Assembly (NCBI GenBank): GCA_964036045.1
Contig: OZ038378.1
Location: 15,314,001 to 15,378,000 of the forward strand
Direction: 5' to 3'
Source: Eutreptiella sp. 'Long Island Sound 2002'
Taxonomy: Eukaryota; Protista; Euglenida
Length of the DNA: 64,000 nt
Shown here: positions 10,489-22,729 of the stretch, piece by piece
How positions within the stretch are numbered: the stretch's first letter is position 1
Layout of the letters: each line of letters begins with the position of its first letter
Notes under the pieces: generated by a model
What the model was told of the DNA's origin: nothing
Seen by the model: only the letters and a program-made list of their open reading frames with translations
Databases searched by the model: none
Translations under genes and position numbers: made by a program

Positions 10489-12540
10489 CTTTTATCCGGG
10501 GCATTAGGGCCCGAGGATATCCGCAGATATCCGGGGCATATGACCCGGGATCCTTGCGCGCAACCCTTCCCTCGCCCTTGATGCCTCAACACTTCAAGTG
10601 GAACAAATCCGAGACACACTTTCTCTCATGCTGCTACAAGTAAGCTCTCTACAAACATGGAATATAGGCACATATTGATGGTCTATTGGGAGCCAATCAT
10701 GTCTCTGACACAAGATTCGCAGGCCCAGGAACCAAACTTCGGGGGGATGAAGGGGGGGGGGGGGGTTTGGACCCCGGCGGATCAGTGATCCGCGGACCGC
10801 CTACCAAACTAGGGATTTATGCAATAACTAGTCATAGGACAGGCAACCATAGCATTTGCCCGCTCCCAACTTCCCGAGACATGCAACAATATTGGCCCTT
10901 TGGATGGCAACCACTAAGACATGCACAAGAGGGCCATAGAGATCCGATACGACTCTTTGCAAACATGCTCCAATGGCAAAGGCCATAGATAGCAACCCAC
11001 GCATCTGGCATCATCGCATATTCTGCAATTTAGGGCTTAGGGTTGTTCAGCCTTGATGCAACCCTCGCATGCCCACGAATTGTAGCACGCTTTGTGAGTC
11101 AATCCGGCGCATTTCATGTGGAATACAACCCTCTAACAAGAACAATGATCACGTTTAATGGGCAACAATTTTCGCAAGATGAAGCCTTGTGGGATTGGGC
11201 ACTCGTGCCTATTCTGCTTGACCCAATGTTTGGGTTTCTTGGCCTTTGGGCTAAAAGCGACCAGAAAAGGATAAGGGATGGGCTTCAAGTCAATTGAAAC
11301 ACATGCCTTTGCAGGTGTGGGGGTGGTGCAGATGAGTAGGTTTATTGGTGCATGCATACAAAGTGTGGGCAAAACCCAAATGCCCTAAGGTGAACGGTCA
11401 TGGGCCTTGGGCCCCATCACTTCCAACATGTTCGGACTGATAGTTTTTTGTGTGGCAACCCTTTGGGGGGTTTTTACCTTTTGCAGCAGTACTGCTCACG
11501 CTTGCATGCCTTGCTTTGTGTAGGCAGCCTCCCAGCATCACTCTTCTCGGCCTTGAGGGATTGAATAAAAGTGATAGTGTCAACTCCTTGGATCGTTTGG
11601 CTCTACAATTTGTTGCCTAAATGGGGCTTTGGTGACACTGTCCGAGTCGGATGGAAGGTTTGAGGCATACATAGCACACAACCTGGATCCCGGGTATGAT
11701 ACCCGGTTCATTGCGTGAATCCCCAGGTTTGACACAGATTGAAAAGATCTAGTGCCCTTCGTCAATCCCCTTCCGCATTACACTTTCACTTTTATGCTAC
11801 AGAGGGTTGGGTTCTTTTGAGGTGCTTTGAAGGCCATATGTACTGATTATTGTCGAGATCCTAGATTTGGCTTTGACAAAACGTCGAAAGGTGTGTGTGA
11901 TTGTCTGTCGTTATGGGGTCATTGAAACTCGACGTTTGGATTGGCTTCCGGGATTTGGACAAGCTACCCCATTTCAATTAGAGATGCTCTTATTGGGGGC
12001 TTGTCACATTTGGCCACATGAAAATGTGATGATGTGGTCGCTTGTGTACCGGTGGTTTTCACTCGTCTTGACGCTATCCGTGTCGTGTCAATGCTTTCTT
12101 TCGCGAACACGGTCCAAAACACCACTTGTTGAGGATGTGCACCCGCACTTGTCTTGGTGTGATGAAATAGGCACAATGCCCAAGTTGCATGGAAAGATGT
12201 GCAAGGTCAAGAAACAGTAGAATATGGCTGGGTACAAGGGAGACGCTTCGGCTCAAGCTATACTTCTTCTCCGTGTGCTTGTGTATTCCCGAATGAGCTA
12301 TTCAAACTTGCATTTACAAATATGCATGCCCCCATGTTTCTACGATTTTTGTGGGTATCTCAACCGCCCCACGACCCCGTGATTGCCCACGACCACGAGC
12401 ACCCCCCTGGCCCCACCCTTGCACTCCTTGTCCGCAACCAAGACCCGCAACAACCGAGCAAACACCATCTGGAGTGAGGCGCACGAAATGGGATTCGGAG
12501 ACTTCAAGTTGTCGCGATTGCATGTTGTGTTATGTGTTTG

Positions 12541-12560
12541 ATGCATTGCCCCCCTCGCAG
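12541..12560 (+). promoter_or_regulatory. Candidate spliced-leader trans-splice acceptor
   Basis: Pyrimidine-rich tract ending CTCGCAG, 5 nt before the ATG at 12566. Confidence 0.55.
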
Positions 12561-12565
12561 ACACA

Positions 12566-12974
12566 ATGTGGACCGTTACCACTAGTGCCGATGGCACCCA
12601 GAAGCGCTCTCGGCTCCGCGTTGCCGCCTCCGCATGTGGCGTCATGTCGCTCGGATTCGTCCTCTTGGCCTTATTCCTAAGACTTGATCATGCGACGACC
12701 AGGCCGCTGCGCATTTACACTACAGCTCCGCTCATTGCCACATCTACAAGCCCTCCGTTAAGCCGTGCGGCCACACTAGCACGTGCCCGGTCACCACCGC
12801 TATGGTCCTCGCCACAAGTCACGCTACCGTCCGTTGCGGTAGAGGAGGTGCCGAGCCATTCGCGCGCTCCACGTGACTCTATAATCTCGGCACTATTTGC
12901 CCGCTATTGGTCACTGAAAGCAATTGCCGCAATGGGGGCTTTTGTGGTAGTGCTGCGTATTCAATCTTGTCGAG
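12566..12974 (+). CDS. Exon 1 of plastid-targeted Lon-N-domain protein: euglenid class-I presequence
   Basis: Hydrophobic signal (GVMSLGFVLLALFL), Ser/Thr/Ala-rich transit region, second hydrophobic stop-transfer segment (WSLKAIAAMGAFVVVL), then basic residues. GTAAGC donor at 12975, phase 1. Confidence 0.7.
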
Positions 12975-15075
12975 GTAAGCCTCATCACTGTGCGAACTGA
13001 GGGTCACCGTTGGGGCAATCATGAGGGCTTGTTTGCGCTTTTCATTTCAGTCAATTATTGCCCTTTCAGCCAATCACCCGCCATGCGGTCCTTAAAGGTA
13101 GTCCTTCGTTCCGCAAAAAAAAACACGGATGGATGAAAACGGATTCATCGGGGGCAGATTATCATTCTGGGCATGAGTCCGGGCTAGTGGTGTGTTGATC
13201 TTCAACTTGACTGTGTGTGCCCGGGCCTTTTGGACTTTGCACTCCAGTTGCGCGTGCATTATCGCCATCCCATTGTGTACTCCACTCTGACGTGGGCGAC
13301 GGACGTTCAATGGGGGAGGGCGACAATGCAAGCACGACTACCGTGCACAGTGCGAGGGACGCACTGCAAGCGCGACTCTGCGGCCCTATTGCCCGTGCGA
13401 GCGCATCAACGACAGCTGCCATCCAGGCTACGGCAGCGCCATTTAAGACTCTATCGCCTTTTTTCGGCGTTGGGACGCCTGAGGCGGTGCATTCTACCGC
13501 CCAAAAGTGGAGCGGTGAGACACAAACGTGTTTGCCTAATGAGGGTGCCCCTTACGGTGCGCATTCCTGGGCCCAGCGCCTGTATGGCACCATCAGAGGG
13601 CGCTGGGGCGCACCCCAACGAATAAAAACTGCCCAGAGTCTTCATGTGCGCATCTCCCCCAAAGTGGCGTCGACGTGGCGCTTAAAAGTTGCGCTGATGC
13701 AGCGCCCAACAGTGGCAAGCTAGCGGCATAACGTGGCGCCTACGTATCGTCATAAAGTGGCGTTGGGGCACCAGCAGCTGCACCCCCCCCCACCCCCCCA
13801 CCCAACATGGGTGGACAACCAACCCACCTATTTAGGCGTGGAGGATTCCCTCGGCGGAAGTACCAATCGGCATACTCACTCAGCCTTTACGGCACCCCCC
13901 CGCCCCATCCCAAGACCGCCCTGGTCTATGGTACGGTAGGCATGCGTACCAATCAATTTGGTATTTGATTTCAAGCACTGTTGATCGACACAATGGACAC
14001 GGGTTGTGGTGCATGGTAACTAGCCTTTATGGAACACCCCTTCCCTTGATCCTACAGCGGAATACACACAAAAAGTCATGGCGGCGCGGAGAATTCTGTA
14101 ACTCAAAAGCGACACCGTTATCTGGCACAACAACATGTAATATGCGCGGCTGGGACAATGCACCTGCGTTTGTACCATAGATTCTTTCTTCGTATCCTCG
14201 GCTTTGCAGATTGCCTGTGCAGCGCCCCTTTTAAAGTCACGCTTCCATGTGATTGTTGCCCATGTAGAGTCTGAATTCAATTTGGAGGTTCATCTAAAAA
14301 TTAATCCCAGTGTTTTCTTTGCCCACACCTGGACATTGTTGTGACGTTGCGACGTTGAGGCAATGTGGATTCGTGCTGTTGCGACCTCACGTGTCTTCCC
14401 CCTCTTCGCCGAAAGATTCCAACCCCATGAAGTGAGCTCGTGGGTAATGCCAAAGTTGCACTAGGACACGAAAATTGGACTACTGTGTTCGCACACAAGT
14501 GGTTCACGATTCAACAGCTTTCGCCTGTTCTCGTTGCTGTCTTTTGCCTCTAGGACCTTATTGTGATTTACAATGACAACTAGGGCATTTGCCAAGCCGC
14601 TTACACACCAAAACACCCTTCCAATCTTCCCCACCAACTTGGTCCTAATACTCAGACCTACTTGTTGGGGGAGAGGGGGTAAGGGTCAAAGGTTGTTGTT
14701 TTCCAAAGCATTGGCATTTGAATGCCATGAGCCTTTACCGCAAGTATTTTCGCATTCACATTCACATTCCAAAAACATGGCCTTGAGGGAGAGAAATGAT
14801 TTGTTCCAAGATTTTCAAGCTTGGTCAAGCACACTGAAGGAGGCCCCCAAAAGGGCGTCTTTTCGACCTGGTTTCTCACAGCAAGCCTTCGAAGTGCACA
14901 GTGCGCAGTGTGCAGAGTGCACGGTACAATGTGTAAAGTATTTGTTGCATCATGTGCGGTGTAGCCTTTGCCCCTGTCGGCGTGGCATCACTGTATTGCA
15001 GCGTGGTTGGGGACTCAAGCCTTTGTGTTGCTGCAAAGAAACCGTATTCCTGCAGAATATTCAATCCTTCTCACG

Positions 15076-15096
15076 GTATGCCTCTCCCTCCCTCCC

Positions 15097-15156
<60 letters not shown>
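15076..15156. repeat. (CT)n microsatellite
   Basis: Direct inspection. Confidence 0.95.
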
Positions 15157-15159
<3 letters not shown>

Positions 15160-15493
15160 GTGTGCGCATGCATGCGCATGCAACTGGCTCGTCCGCCTTG
15201 TCAAGCTGTCACCTGATGAAATCTGTGTATGCAGGCTGAGCATTGACCAATGGTGTTGATCGTGCACCTGTGTGGCTGCCTTTGTGGGCGTTTGTGTACG
15301 CACCTGTCTGTGCATGTGTCTCATGTATGTTTTAGTGTGTGCCGGAGGCACTGTTACCTAAAAGCAATGGTCAGGATGTCGTACCAATGGGAACTAGTAG
15401 ACAGGTGGGCCTTGCACCTGGCCCTGAGCTAAGCCTGAAAGGTCAACCCTGCGGCAGGGGCTGGTGTTGGTGTGGGGCTTTTTCCCTGTGCAG

Positions 15494-15527
15494 ATCTGAT
15501 TGCTCTCATGGCAGCGGTCAGCCGAGA
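15494..15527 (+). CDS. Candidate 34-nt micro-exon (D)LIALMAAVSR(E) of the Lon-N gene
   Basis: Preceded by TTTTTCCCTGTGCAG and followed by GT. It converts phase 1 to phase 2, which is what the CAG acceptor at 19998 needs. MAAVS resembles presequence ends. An AAG acceptor ending at 20009 would make it unnecessary. Confidence 0.4.
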
Positions 15528-15861
15528 GTAGCCGGGGATCCCTTGCCTCTCCACCTGCCAGTGGAGCTGGAGCTCCTGTAAGGCTATGTGTGTGCCAAAA
15601 GCTTGGCAAGCTTGGGGAGTAAAGCTGGTTTGGCTGGGGCGAGCACATTGCCCATAATTCCTTAAGGGGTATTGTAGGAGTGTGTGTCCGCCTATGGATG
15701 TTAGGTATTATGGGGTGGACTTATGGAGAACTTTGGGGAATGATGAGGGAACGATGCCTTGAACAATGCCTATGATTTAGGATGGGATTGTTCTGCCACT
15801 TGTGGCCTGTTGACAAGGCTAAGGGTCTATCAATGTCATGCACTTTTGCTGCGCTGCAATC

Positions 15862-16000
15862 ATTTCAAAACATCATCCCCAATAATTTCCTCATAATTCC
15901 CCCATGAATATACACAATTCCCCATAATTCCCCACAACTTGCCTGCAATTCTCCATAATTTCCCATAATCCCACCATAATTCCCCATTATTCCCCATAAA
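15862..16000. repeat. Degenerate CCCATAATT(C) tandem repeats
   Basis: Multiple CCATAATT(T/C)CC units. Confidence 0.7.
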
Positions 16001-18169
16001 TCCCCTCTTTTGGCGAGCAACGATTGTTTGGCACTCATGAGGCATAGGCGTGCTCTTGGAGGGCTGTGTTGCCCGAGGGTTCCAGCCAGGCTTTGAGGAG
16101 CGTGGCGCCTGCCCATGCATGAACTCTCACACCCGCATCCACTCGTGTAGCACGTGGCGGATGAATTTGGCTCCCATAGCGCACCCGCACTGGAACTGCC
16201 ACAGAGTCGTGGAGCCCGTCGGAGCTAGCTGGCAGTGGTATTTGTATTTGTTGTTTCGGGGACAAAAGGGAACGGATGTGGTGGGAGTCAGGTGAGGTCG
16301 ACCTCCAGGTTGTCTTTCGTTGCCGCATCCATGCGGACGTTGGGCTCTGCTATCTAGTGGGACGGTGTGATCGCTATGTTGATGGCCGCCGAGGGGGCCA
16401 CGTGGCCGCCCCGAAGTATGTTGGCGTAATAGTGGTGTATCCCACCACGCAATGACCTCTGGCCAGTTATGTGCGGAGGGCGCCTGCAGATGACTTCAAG
16501 GACCAGGCAGGAGATGCCTGGTGTTGCATCTGGGGCCTCCCTGTGTCATTCCTTCCATGGCCATACCCAGGGATGTACTTTCATGGATAGCCATGATGGT
16601 TCCCTGGATGGTCGGGGGCTAGGAGGCTGTGGAACCATATACTTGGCTCTGTGCGGGGCAGGATGTATTGTGGCACACTATTGGGGTGGCAATGTGGTGC
16701 CAGGGCTGCATAGCCACCGAAATGCTCGCCAAGTGGGTGCGTAGGGTGCGGTGCAACTCGTCTGCCGTAATCACAGCCGTGACTACGACTTAGTAACCAT
16801 GGCTGCAACAGAGTGTAGGCGCACCCTTAGCACTGAAATCTCCCATGAAGATTGCCATGAAACGAAATCTGGTTTGGTAATGTTGAATTGGTTTCCTTAC
16901 CATGCTTTTAGTGGTTTTTGTGCCACTGTGGTGTGATTATAAGACAAGGGTTTGCCATCGGAAAACTGCCATACAATACATCCCTGCCATTGGGTCCATC
17001 AGGATTGTGCACGCAACGCAAATGCACTTTCCTTGTGGTTGGGCAAGCAACTCAAAACCATGTCTTGACCTTCTATGCCTTGCCTTTTCTTTTATTTCGG
17101 ACTTCCCACCTCTAGGGGCAAGACTCAAGGCCATTGCCCCGCACCGCCATGACAATGTTGTCAGTTGGAGGAGAGGAGGATCCAGAAAATGCTGAGCAGC
17201 CAGAGCCTGAGGACTCTGAGAGGTCCTGCTGTGTTACCCCAACCTGTGCCACAAGATTGCTGGGGCCATTTATGGGTCACTGGTCCAGGTGCTGGGCAAT
17301 CAGCATCCCCCGGTGAGGTGCTTGGGAACGTTTATGCCACAAAAGCCTCTGGTTTAATTTGTGGGTGGGGTCATGGATCCGCAAAAAGCACAGCAACTCA
17401 GAAGAATTAGTGCAATCACGGAATGCAAGGTAGTGCCATTGTCTTATAACAGCTTCAAGCTGCATGATGTGGCTGGCTGTTTGCAGAATGGTGCAAAATT
17501 GTGTGCGTCATCAGTGTTGGGATCCCTTTGTGCAGCCATCTCACCTATTCTTCTGATGGAATTTCCCGTTCACAGGGTCCTGCAACAAACAAAAAGAAGA
17601 TGCGTTCCACTGGCACTCCCCGAAAACAGAGCACATCAGTTTCATGGTCAATTTCACTGCAAAATTACACTGAGGGCGTCCTTGGAAACACCATTGGGAA
17701 GCCAAGAAACCTCATCAACCATCGCAATCTGCGCCATGACAAAAAACTTGGGGTACAGGTTTGCATACATCAGTTGTGTGTACCACCTTGGCAGATTCTT
17801 TTCGGGGGGGATTCTGACCATGCACCACCACCACCACCACTTACACCATGTCATCACAATTGCTGGGACCCACAGGCAAAGAGGCAGCAGGGGCACAGGG
17901 CGGTAGGTACCTGGGCTGAGCCCTGGGGCTGAGGCTGTCCTAGGGCCCACCTAACGTGTGTGGATACCGTTGGTAGTCGCCCATTGAGCCCCAGAAAGGG
18001 GAATCCAGCCCGTGGGAAATGGCTCATTATGGATTGTCAATTTAATTGCGTTGTTGTGTGCAGTCAGTCACCAGAACCTTTTTGTACAGTGGAATACTAT
18101 CTCAAAGGCATTCCCACGGTGCGCAGTGTGGCGCGCAGTATTGCGCAGGACGGAGCAGGCCTCGTTTAT

Positions 18170-18265
18170 CAGAATTAAGTTGAAAAGTGGGGGGGCCCGG
18201 GTGGGTGGGTCTTCAGCCGGGTGGCCGGGTTGATGGCTCTGGACCCCCCCCCTCTTATAATTCCG
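18170..18265. mobile_element. ~95-bp MITE-like element, copy 1
   Basis: CAGAATTAAG...(G)n...(C)nTCTTATAATTCCG; similar to copy at 19158-19250. Confidence 0.4.
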
Positions 18266-18719
18266 AGGGTTTCCAGGATGGGGCACCTGCCACACCCTCT
18301 TTCCTTGTTTACAGAAACCTTGTCTGGTTGTGTGCTGTTGCCCTTTTTCGCTTTGTCTCGCAGGCACGATCCCAGAATCCCTTTGTGGTTGTGGGGCATT
18401 TGTGTGGTCGGTACCTAAAATCGAGAGAGTGGTACACCTCCTCATCCTCCGCCGTCCATTCGGTTCACCGTGCGATAGAGGCGTTGGGGGGGTTGGAGCT
18501 CGGCGGGGGGGGGGGGGGGGGGCGGGTCAGTGTTCACCGCTTTTTTTGTGATAAACATTCTCTGTGCAGCTTTTGGAGGAAGCTTTGCTCGTGGTGTTGG
18601 TTCCTCTGATGGCGCCAAAGGGGAGCACCTGAAGAGTGACAAGCATAAGCAATGGTAGGAAGCAAAGAAAAGTATGGGCCCACTCAATTTTCCCAAGGTG
18701 ACCCCAGTACAGCCATCAG

Positions 18720-18920
18720 AAACTACAGTAGCCAGCAGTAGTTCTAGCTCTAGTAGCAGCAGCAGCTCCAGCAGCAACAGCAACAGCCCTGCACAGAGCA
18801 GCAGTCCTGCATGTAGCAACAGCCCTTCACATACCAGCAGTCCTGCACAGAGCAACAGTGCTGCATAGAGTGGCAGTCCTGCACAGCAGCAGTAGCAACA
18901 GCAGCAGCAAGTAGCTGTTG
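18720..18920. repeat. Degenerate (CAG)n-rich tract with CCTGCACAGAGCA sub-repeats
   Basis: Direct inspection. Confidence 0.75.
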
Positions 18921-19157
18921 CAAGAGGAGGTGCAGGATTAAGGCATGGGGCGAAAAACAGAAACAACAGGGAAAAAAAGCAGAAAGATGACAAAAAGAAA
19001 AAAATCATAAAACATTTTTTGGCGTGTGCGGCAGCATCAATGGGTGATTTGCATATTGATGAATTTCCTCTTGGCATGCATGTCACCTTTTGGGGCTGGG
19101 ATGCCTAACCCCAGAGAGTGCCTTGGCTTCAATTCCACTTACAAAAAATGCGCCCCA

Positions 19158-19250
19158 CAGAATTATAAGAGTTAGGGGGGGCAGTCCGGGTGGGTCTGAA
19201 GTCGGACGGGTGGGTCTCATCCAAAATACCCCCTCCTCCCCCCCTTATAA
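19158..19250. mobile_element. ~95-bp MITE-like element, copy 2
   Basis: CAGAATTATAAGAG..(G)n...GGGTGGGTC...(C)nTTATAA, with inverted ends. Confidence 0.4.
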
Positions 19251-19998
19251 ACCACGCCTGGTGCGGAGTGTCCCCTGCAGATCCAACCAGCACAACCGCT
19301 TGAGACTGTCAGAAGCAATATACTGCGGCACAGACAGGGAATCTGGAGTTGCATGATGATGGCTGCAAATGCAGGGCGCACAGGTGCAGGACCACAGCCA
19401 TATCAGCAGTTGCTGCCAGCCCATTACTCAACCTGAGCCCAACCTTAGAATCTCACGTGTGCCCATGAAAGTTGAGGCTGGAAATTTTGGTGCAATTGTT
19501 GAATTGCCCCTGAAAGGGACTGCAAAGCTCGCTGCCGACAAACGCCCATCTCAACCCCCCCACCCCCATCTGATCCGCCCCTCAAATTTTGGCATTGTCT
19601 TATGTTCCCCACATCACCAATGGTGGGGAGCACCTTTCAAACTGCACAGCCTCGGGGACGATGGCATGTGAAGCCTGTCGGCGTCGACGGATGGGTGGGC
19701 GCCACGGGGGCGGCGCTACGTACATGAGCACTGGAGCACTAGAAAACAAATCTTCTCTTCTTCCCGTATTCTGCACCCACATTGCACCCATGTACACGAA
19801 CGCGCACGCGCACATGCAGCCCTGTATATACATACATGTACACGTCCGCATACACAGATACACATCCCCGCTCCGTCACAAGGCATTGCATGGACAAAGC
19901 ACGATCTGGCTGGGGGACATACAGCCACAGGGATCTGCATTTTGTCCCTTGCAACGTACTGTATCAACCATGCCGCTCCCTGCCCCGTGACCAAACAG

Positions 19999-20320
19999 AT
20001 TCCAGCAAGAGGCCGACGTCAGCTTCACGCAGGGCCTCCGCGGGGCCGCGCAGCCGGTGCCGCCGCCGCCGCCGCCGCCTGCCCCTGGTGCTCCCAAGCC
20101 CAAGTATTTGGCGTGTATTCCGCAGTTCAATCTTGAAAACTTGACGCTGCCGGGGCAAGTGCAGACGCTGCATTTGTACGACCGCCCACTCTTGGGCGCG
20201 TTGGCTTTCGGGATGGCAAAGGGGGGCTTCCTCGTCCACGCGGCACTGGACCACGAAGCTGCCGCGCGCCGCGAGTTCCGCCTGCACAAGTACGGCACGG
20301 TCCTCAAGATCCTCTCGCAG
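19999..20320 (+). CDS. Lon N-terminal (substrate-binding) domain protein, internal exon
   Basis: IPQFNLENLTLPGQVQTLHLYD...KYGTVLKIL matches the Lon-N start (LP.F.L..v..PG....Lhi.E...vGt...I). High GC3. CAG acceptor and GT donor at 20321 (phase 0). Confidence 0.8.
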
Positions 20321-22255
20321 GTCTGGCCCTTTTAGCCCCGCCCCCATCCCCCCTTGTCCTCCCCTGACGCCCCATGCAAGTGGCGCCCCAACCCTTCCGC
20401 TCCCTCCCTCGCTCCTTCTCCTTTGGAGATCTTGAGGCCAGATGGTCAGCCAGGAGAATACATGGCCACATCACACACACACACACACAAAAAGAACACG
20501 AATGTCACCGCATTACGTGGATTAGAAAAGCAAAGAGGTCACAACATTCAGAAAGCAGAGAAGACACTATATTAAGTTATGACAAGACGTCACAGTATTC
20601 CATAGTATTCCAAGTACAAAAGCAACTGAGACATTCAAGAAAAGCAAGCACATAGAGTTATTAGAACAGATCCAGTATACCTCCGCATAGTGTGTATGCA
20701 GAGAGAAAAGAGTATGGATTTGGGCGTACCAAGACAAGATCCACCAGCACCATGAATTTTTGGGACACCCAGAAAGCTCCGGGCTATGAGTAGGAGCGGC
20801 AACAAAGGCCCATACTAGGGACCTGTACTAAACATAATGGTGTTCTGATGAAATCGCATGTCCAGAGATCGGTGGCTGTCTTTCGGTATGCCCGTGACAG
20901 GAGACACGTCGTATCTAAGTTTGTATTCCTGTGCGCTGACTGTTCTGCCAGCACTGCTATAGTGGGCATGTTACTCATGCAGTGGGCTGCAATGTGGTGC
21001 TGCATCCAACCACGCCACAGGGTGCTGCCTGGCCAAGCACCACTCATGGGACTGCAGAGGCACATTCTAATCTCAGCCATTGTCATGCTACGACGGTGGG
21101 TATTCAACCAGACAGTAGGGCTCCATAGTGGAGACAAGACTATGGGCATGTGACACGCAAATTCAGTATATATTGGGGGGGTTGATGCCCAACTGTCACC
21201 TGGTTAAGAAACACCGACCGTGCCGTTTGGTCTATAATTGTGTGGAGCCCGTTGGGATCATATGGGTTGCAAGACCTCCACCTCCCACCACCACCATGGT
21301 ACCATTTGGCACAAAAGTGTTTCCATGCTACGCACCTCAATAGTCCCTGCTTATAGGTGCTTCTCATTTTCTTACGCATTTATGCCTGGGTTTGTACTTG
21401 CCCCCGGCGTTCCAACTTTGAAGGTAATCGTTGTGTCCAAACTACATTTTGCGGGTCAATTTTGGATTGCCACGCCTCGCAAGATGCGAGCCTATTGCAA
21501 GACACTTGCAAAAAGGCTTGCTTGAGGCCAAAAAGTGTTCTAACAAAAAGCGGTTCTAATTATGCATTCTAAGGACAATTTGATGACAACACTCTTCATT
21601 ACAACCCCATGAGAACACAGCTGGGAGTAAATTTCGTCACCTCTTTCCCACCATCATCCAAATACTGTGGTTGTATTTGTTGCCTGCCCCCTACAGTGGG
21701 CATAGATCCGATTTATTATGCTCCAGGACAGACCGCCTCACATGGGGAACCTGGGCAGACAGTGTTGCGCACCATAAAGTGCATAATAGCTGCAGAGGGA
21801 TGAGGCATTGAGGTAGTGGTTTGGGTTTCTATTGTGGAGGTATGAGTGGGCAAGATCCGCTTGTAGGGGTACCCTCGTAAATGTATGCCGTCATGCTGGA
21901 CCAGTCTGAAGGCCTGTAGGCACATGCTGGCACCAGCCCAAGGGTTGAAGTGGGGGGCGGGGGGCTGCAGCCAGGGCACCCCTGCGGGGCTCATACTGGG
22001 GCTGTCGTGGGTGTACCAGGTCTGGCCTTGTGCTTCTGAGTCCAGAAGGGCAAGTAGGACCGAGTGCCAGTGCACTGGGCCTTTGTGTGCACCCCACAGG
22101 AGGGTCTCGGCAGTGCAGACCTGCTGGTCCCTCTACCGCGCCCTGCCTTTCCTCCCTCGCCCCCACCCCATCCGCTCTCCACCCTCAAGAAGCTGCAGTG
22201 CCCCAGGCGCCTGCTCTCCCCCACCCCCCACCCTCTCCCCTGCCTTGCACTTCAG

Positions 22256-22729
22256 AAGCCCTCCAAGCAGACGTCCAAGTATGGAGACTCATCGGTGTCC
22301 CGTCTCGTTACGGTCGTGGGCGTGCGGCCCATCCGCGTCGCGTCGATATTCCAGACGGATCCCTTTGTGTTGGCGGCGGTGGAGGACACGTCCCACACGC
22401 TGACCAGCGACTGCCCGGCCCGCGCCTCGCGTGTGCGTGAGGTCTTTGCTGAATGCGCGCGGCTCCGCAGCGAAATCGGTGTGGAGGGGGTCGGGGACGT
22501 GGACCTGGACAATCTCCACGCGGCTGTGGAGCTGCACAACGGGGCGGAGGTGGACGGGCGAGCGCTGCAGGTTCTGGCCCTTGCAGCTACGGAGGGGATG
22601 CCGGCCGCCGTCCGCCTGAAGGCCCTGACACTCAGTGGCGACGATGACGGCGAGGGGCTGTTTGAGGTGGTGCTGTCCGCTCTGGAGGATGATTTGCGGC
22701 GGCTGGCGGCCTTGAAGGCCATTGGCTAA
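22256..22729 (+). CDS. Lon N-terminal domain protein, last exon (TAA at 22727-22729)
   Basis: Polypyrimidine-CAG acceptor, phase 0. RLVTVVGVRPIRVASIFQTDPFVLAAVED matches the Lon-N G..rfri..i.q..Py..A.Ve motif. Ends LRRLAALKAIG*. No AAA+ or protease domain. Confidence 0.8.
   Translation, partial: KPSKQTSKYGDSSVSRLVTVVGVRPIRVASIFQTDPFVLAAVEDTSHTLTSDCPARASRVREVFAECARLRSEIGVEGVGDVDLDNLHAAVELHNGAEVDGRALQVLALAATEGMPAAVRLKALTLSGDDDGEGLFEVVLSALEDDLRRLAALKAIG

Noticed and set aside
14301-14507. SET-domain-like start (SSLHGVGIF) on the minus strand
   Set aside because: Only a short motif with no downstream SET motifs.
16035-16810. Possible non-LTR retroelement C-terminus on the minus strand
   Set aside because: Multiple stops and no unambiguous RT, zinc-knuckle or endonuclease motif.
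17361-17760. SWIM-like GIPLCSH remnant
   Set aside because: Requires frameshifts and the CxC half is not clear.
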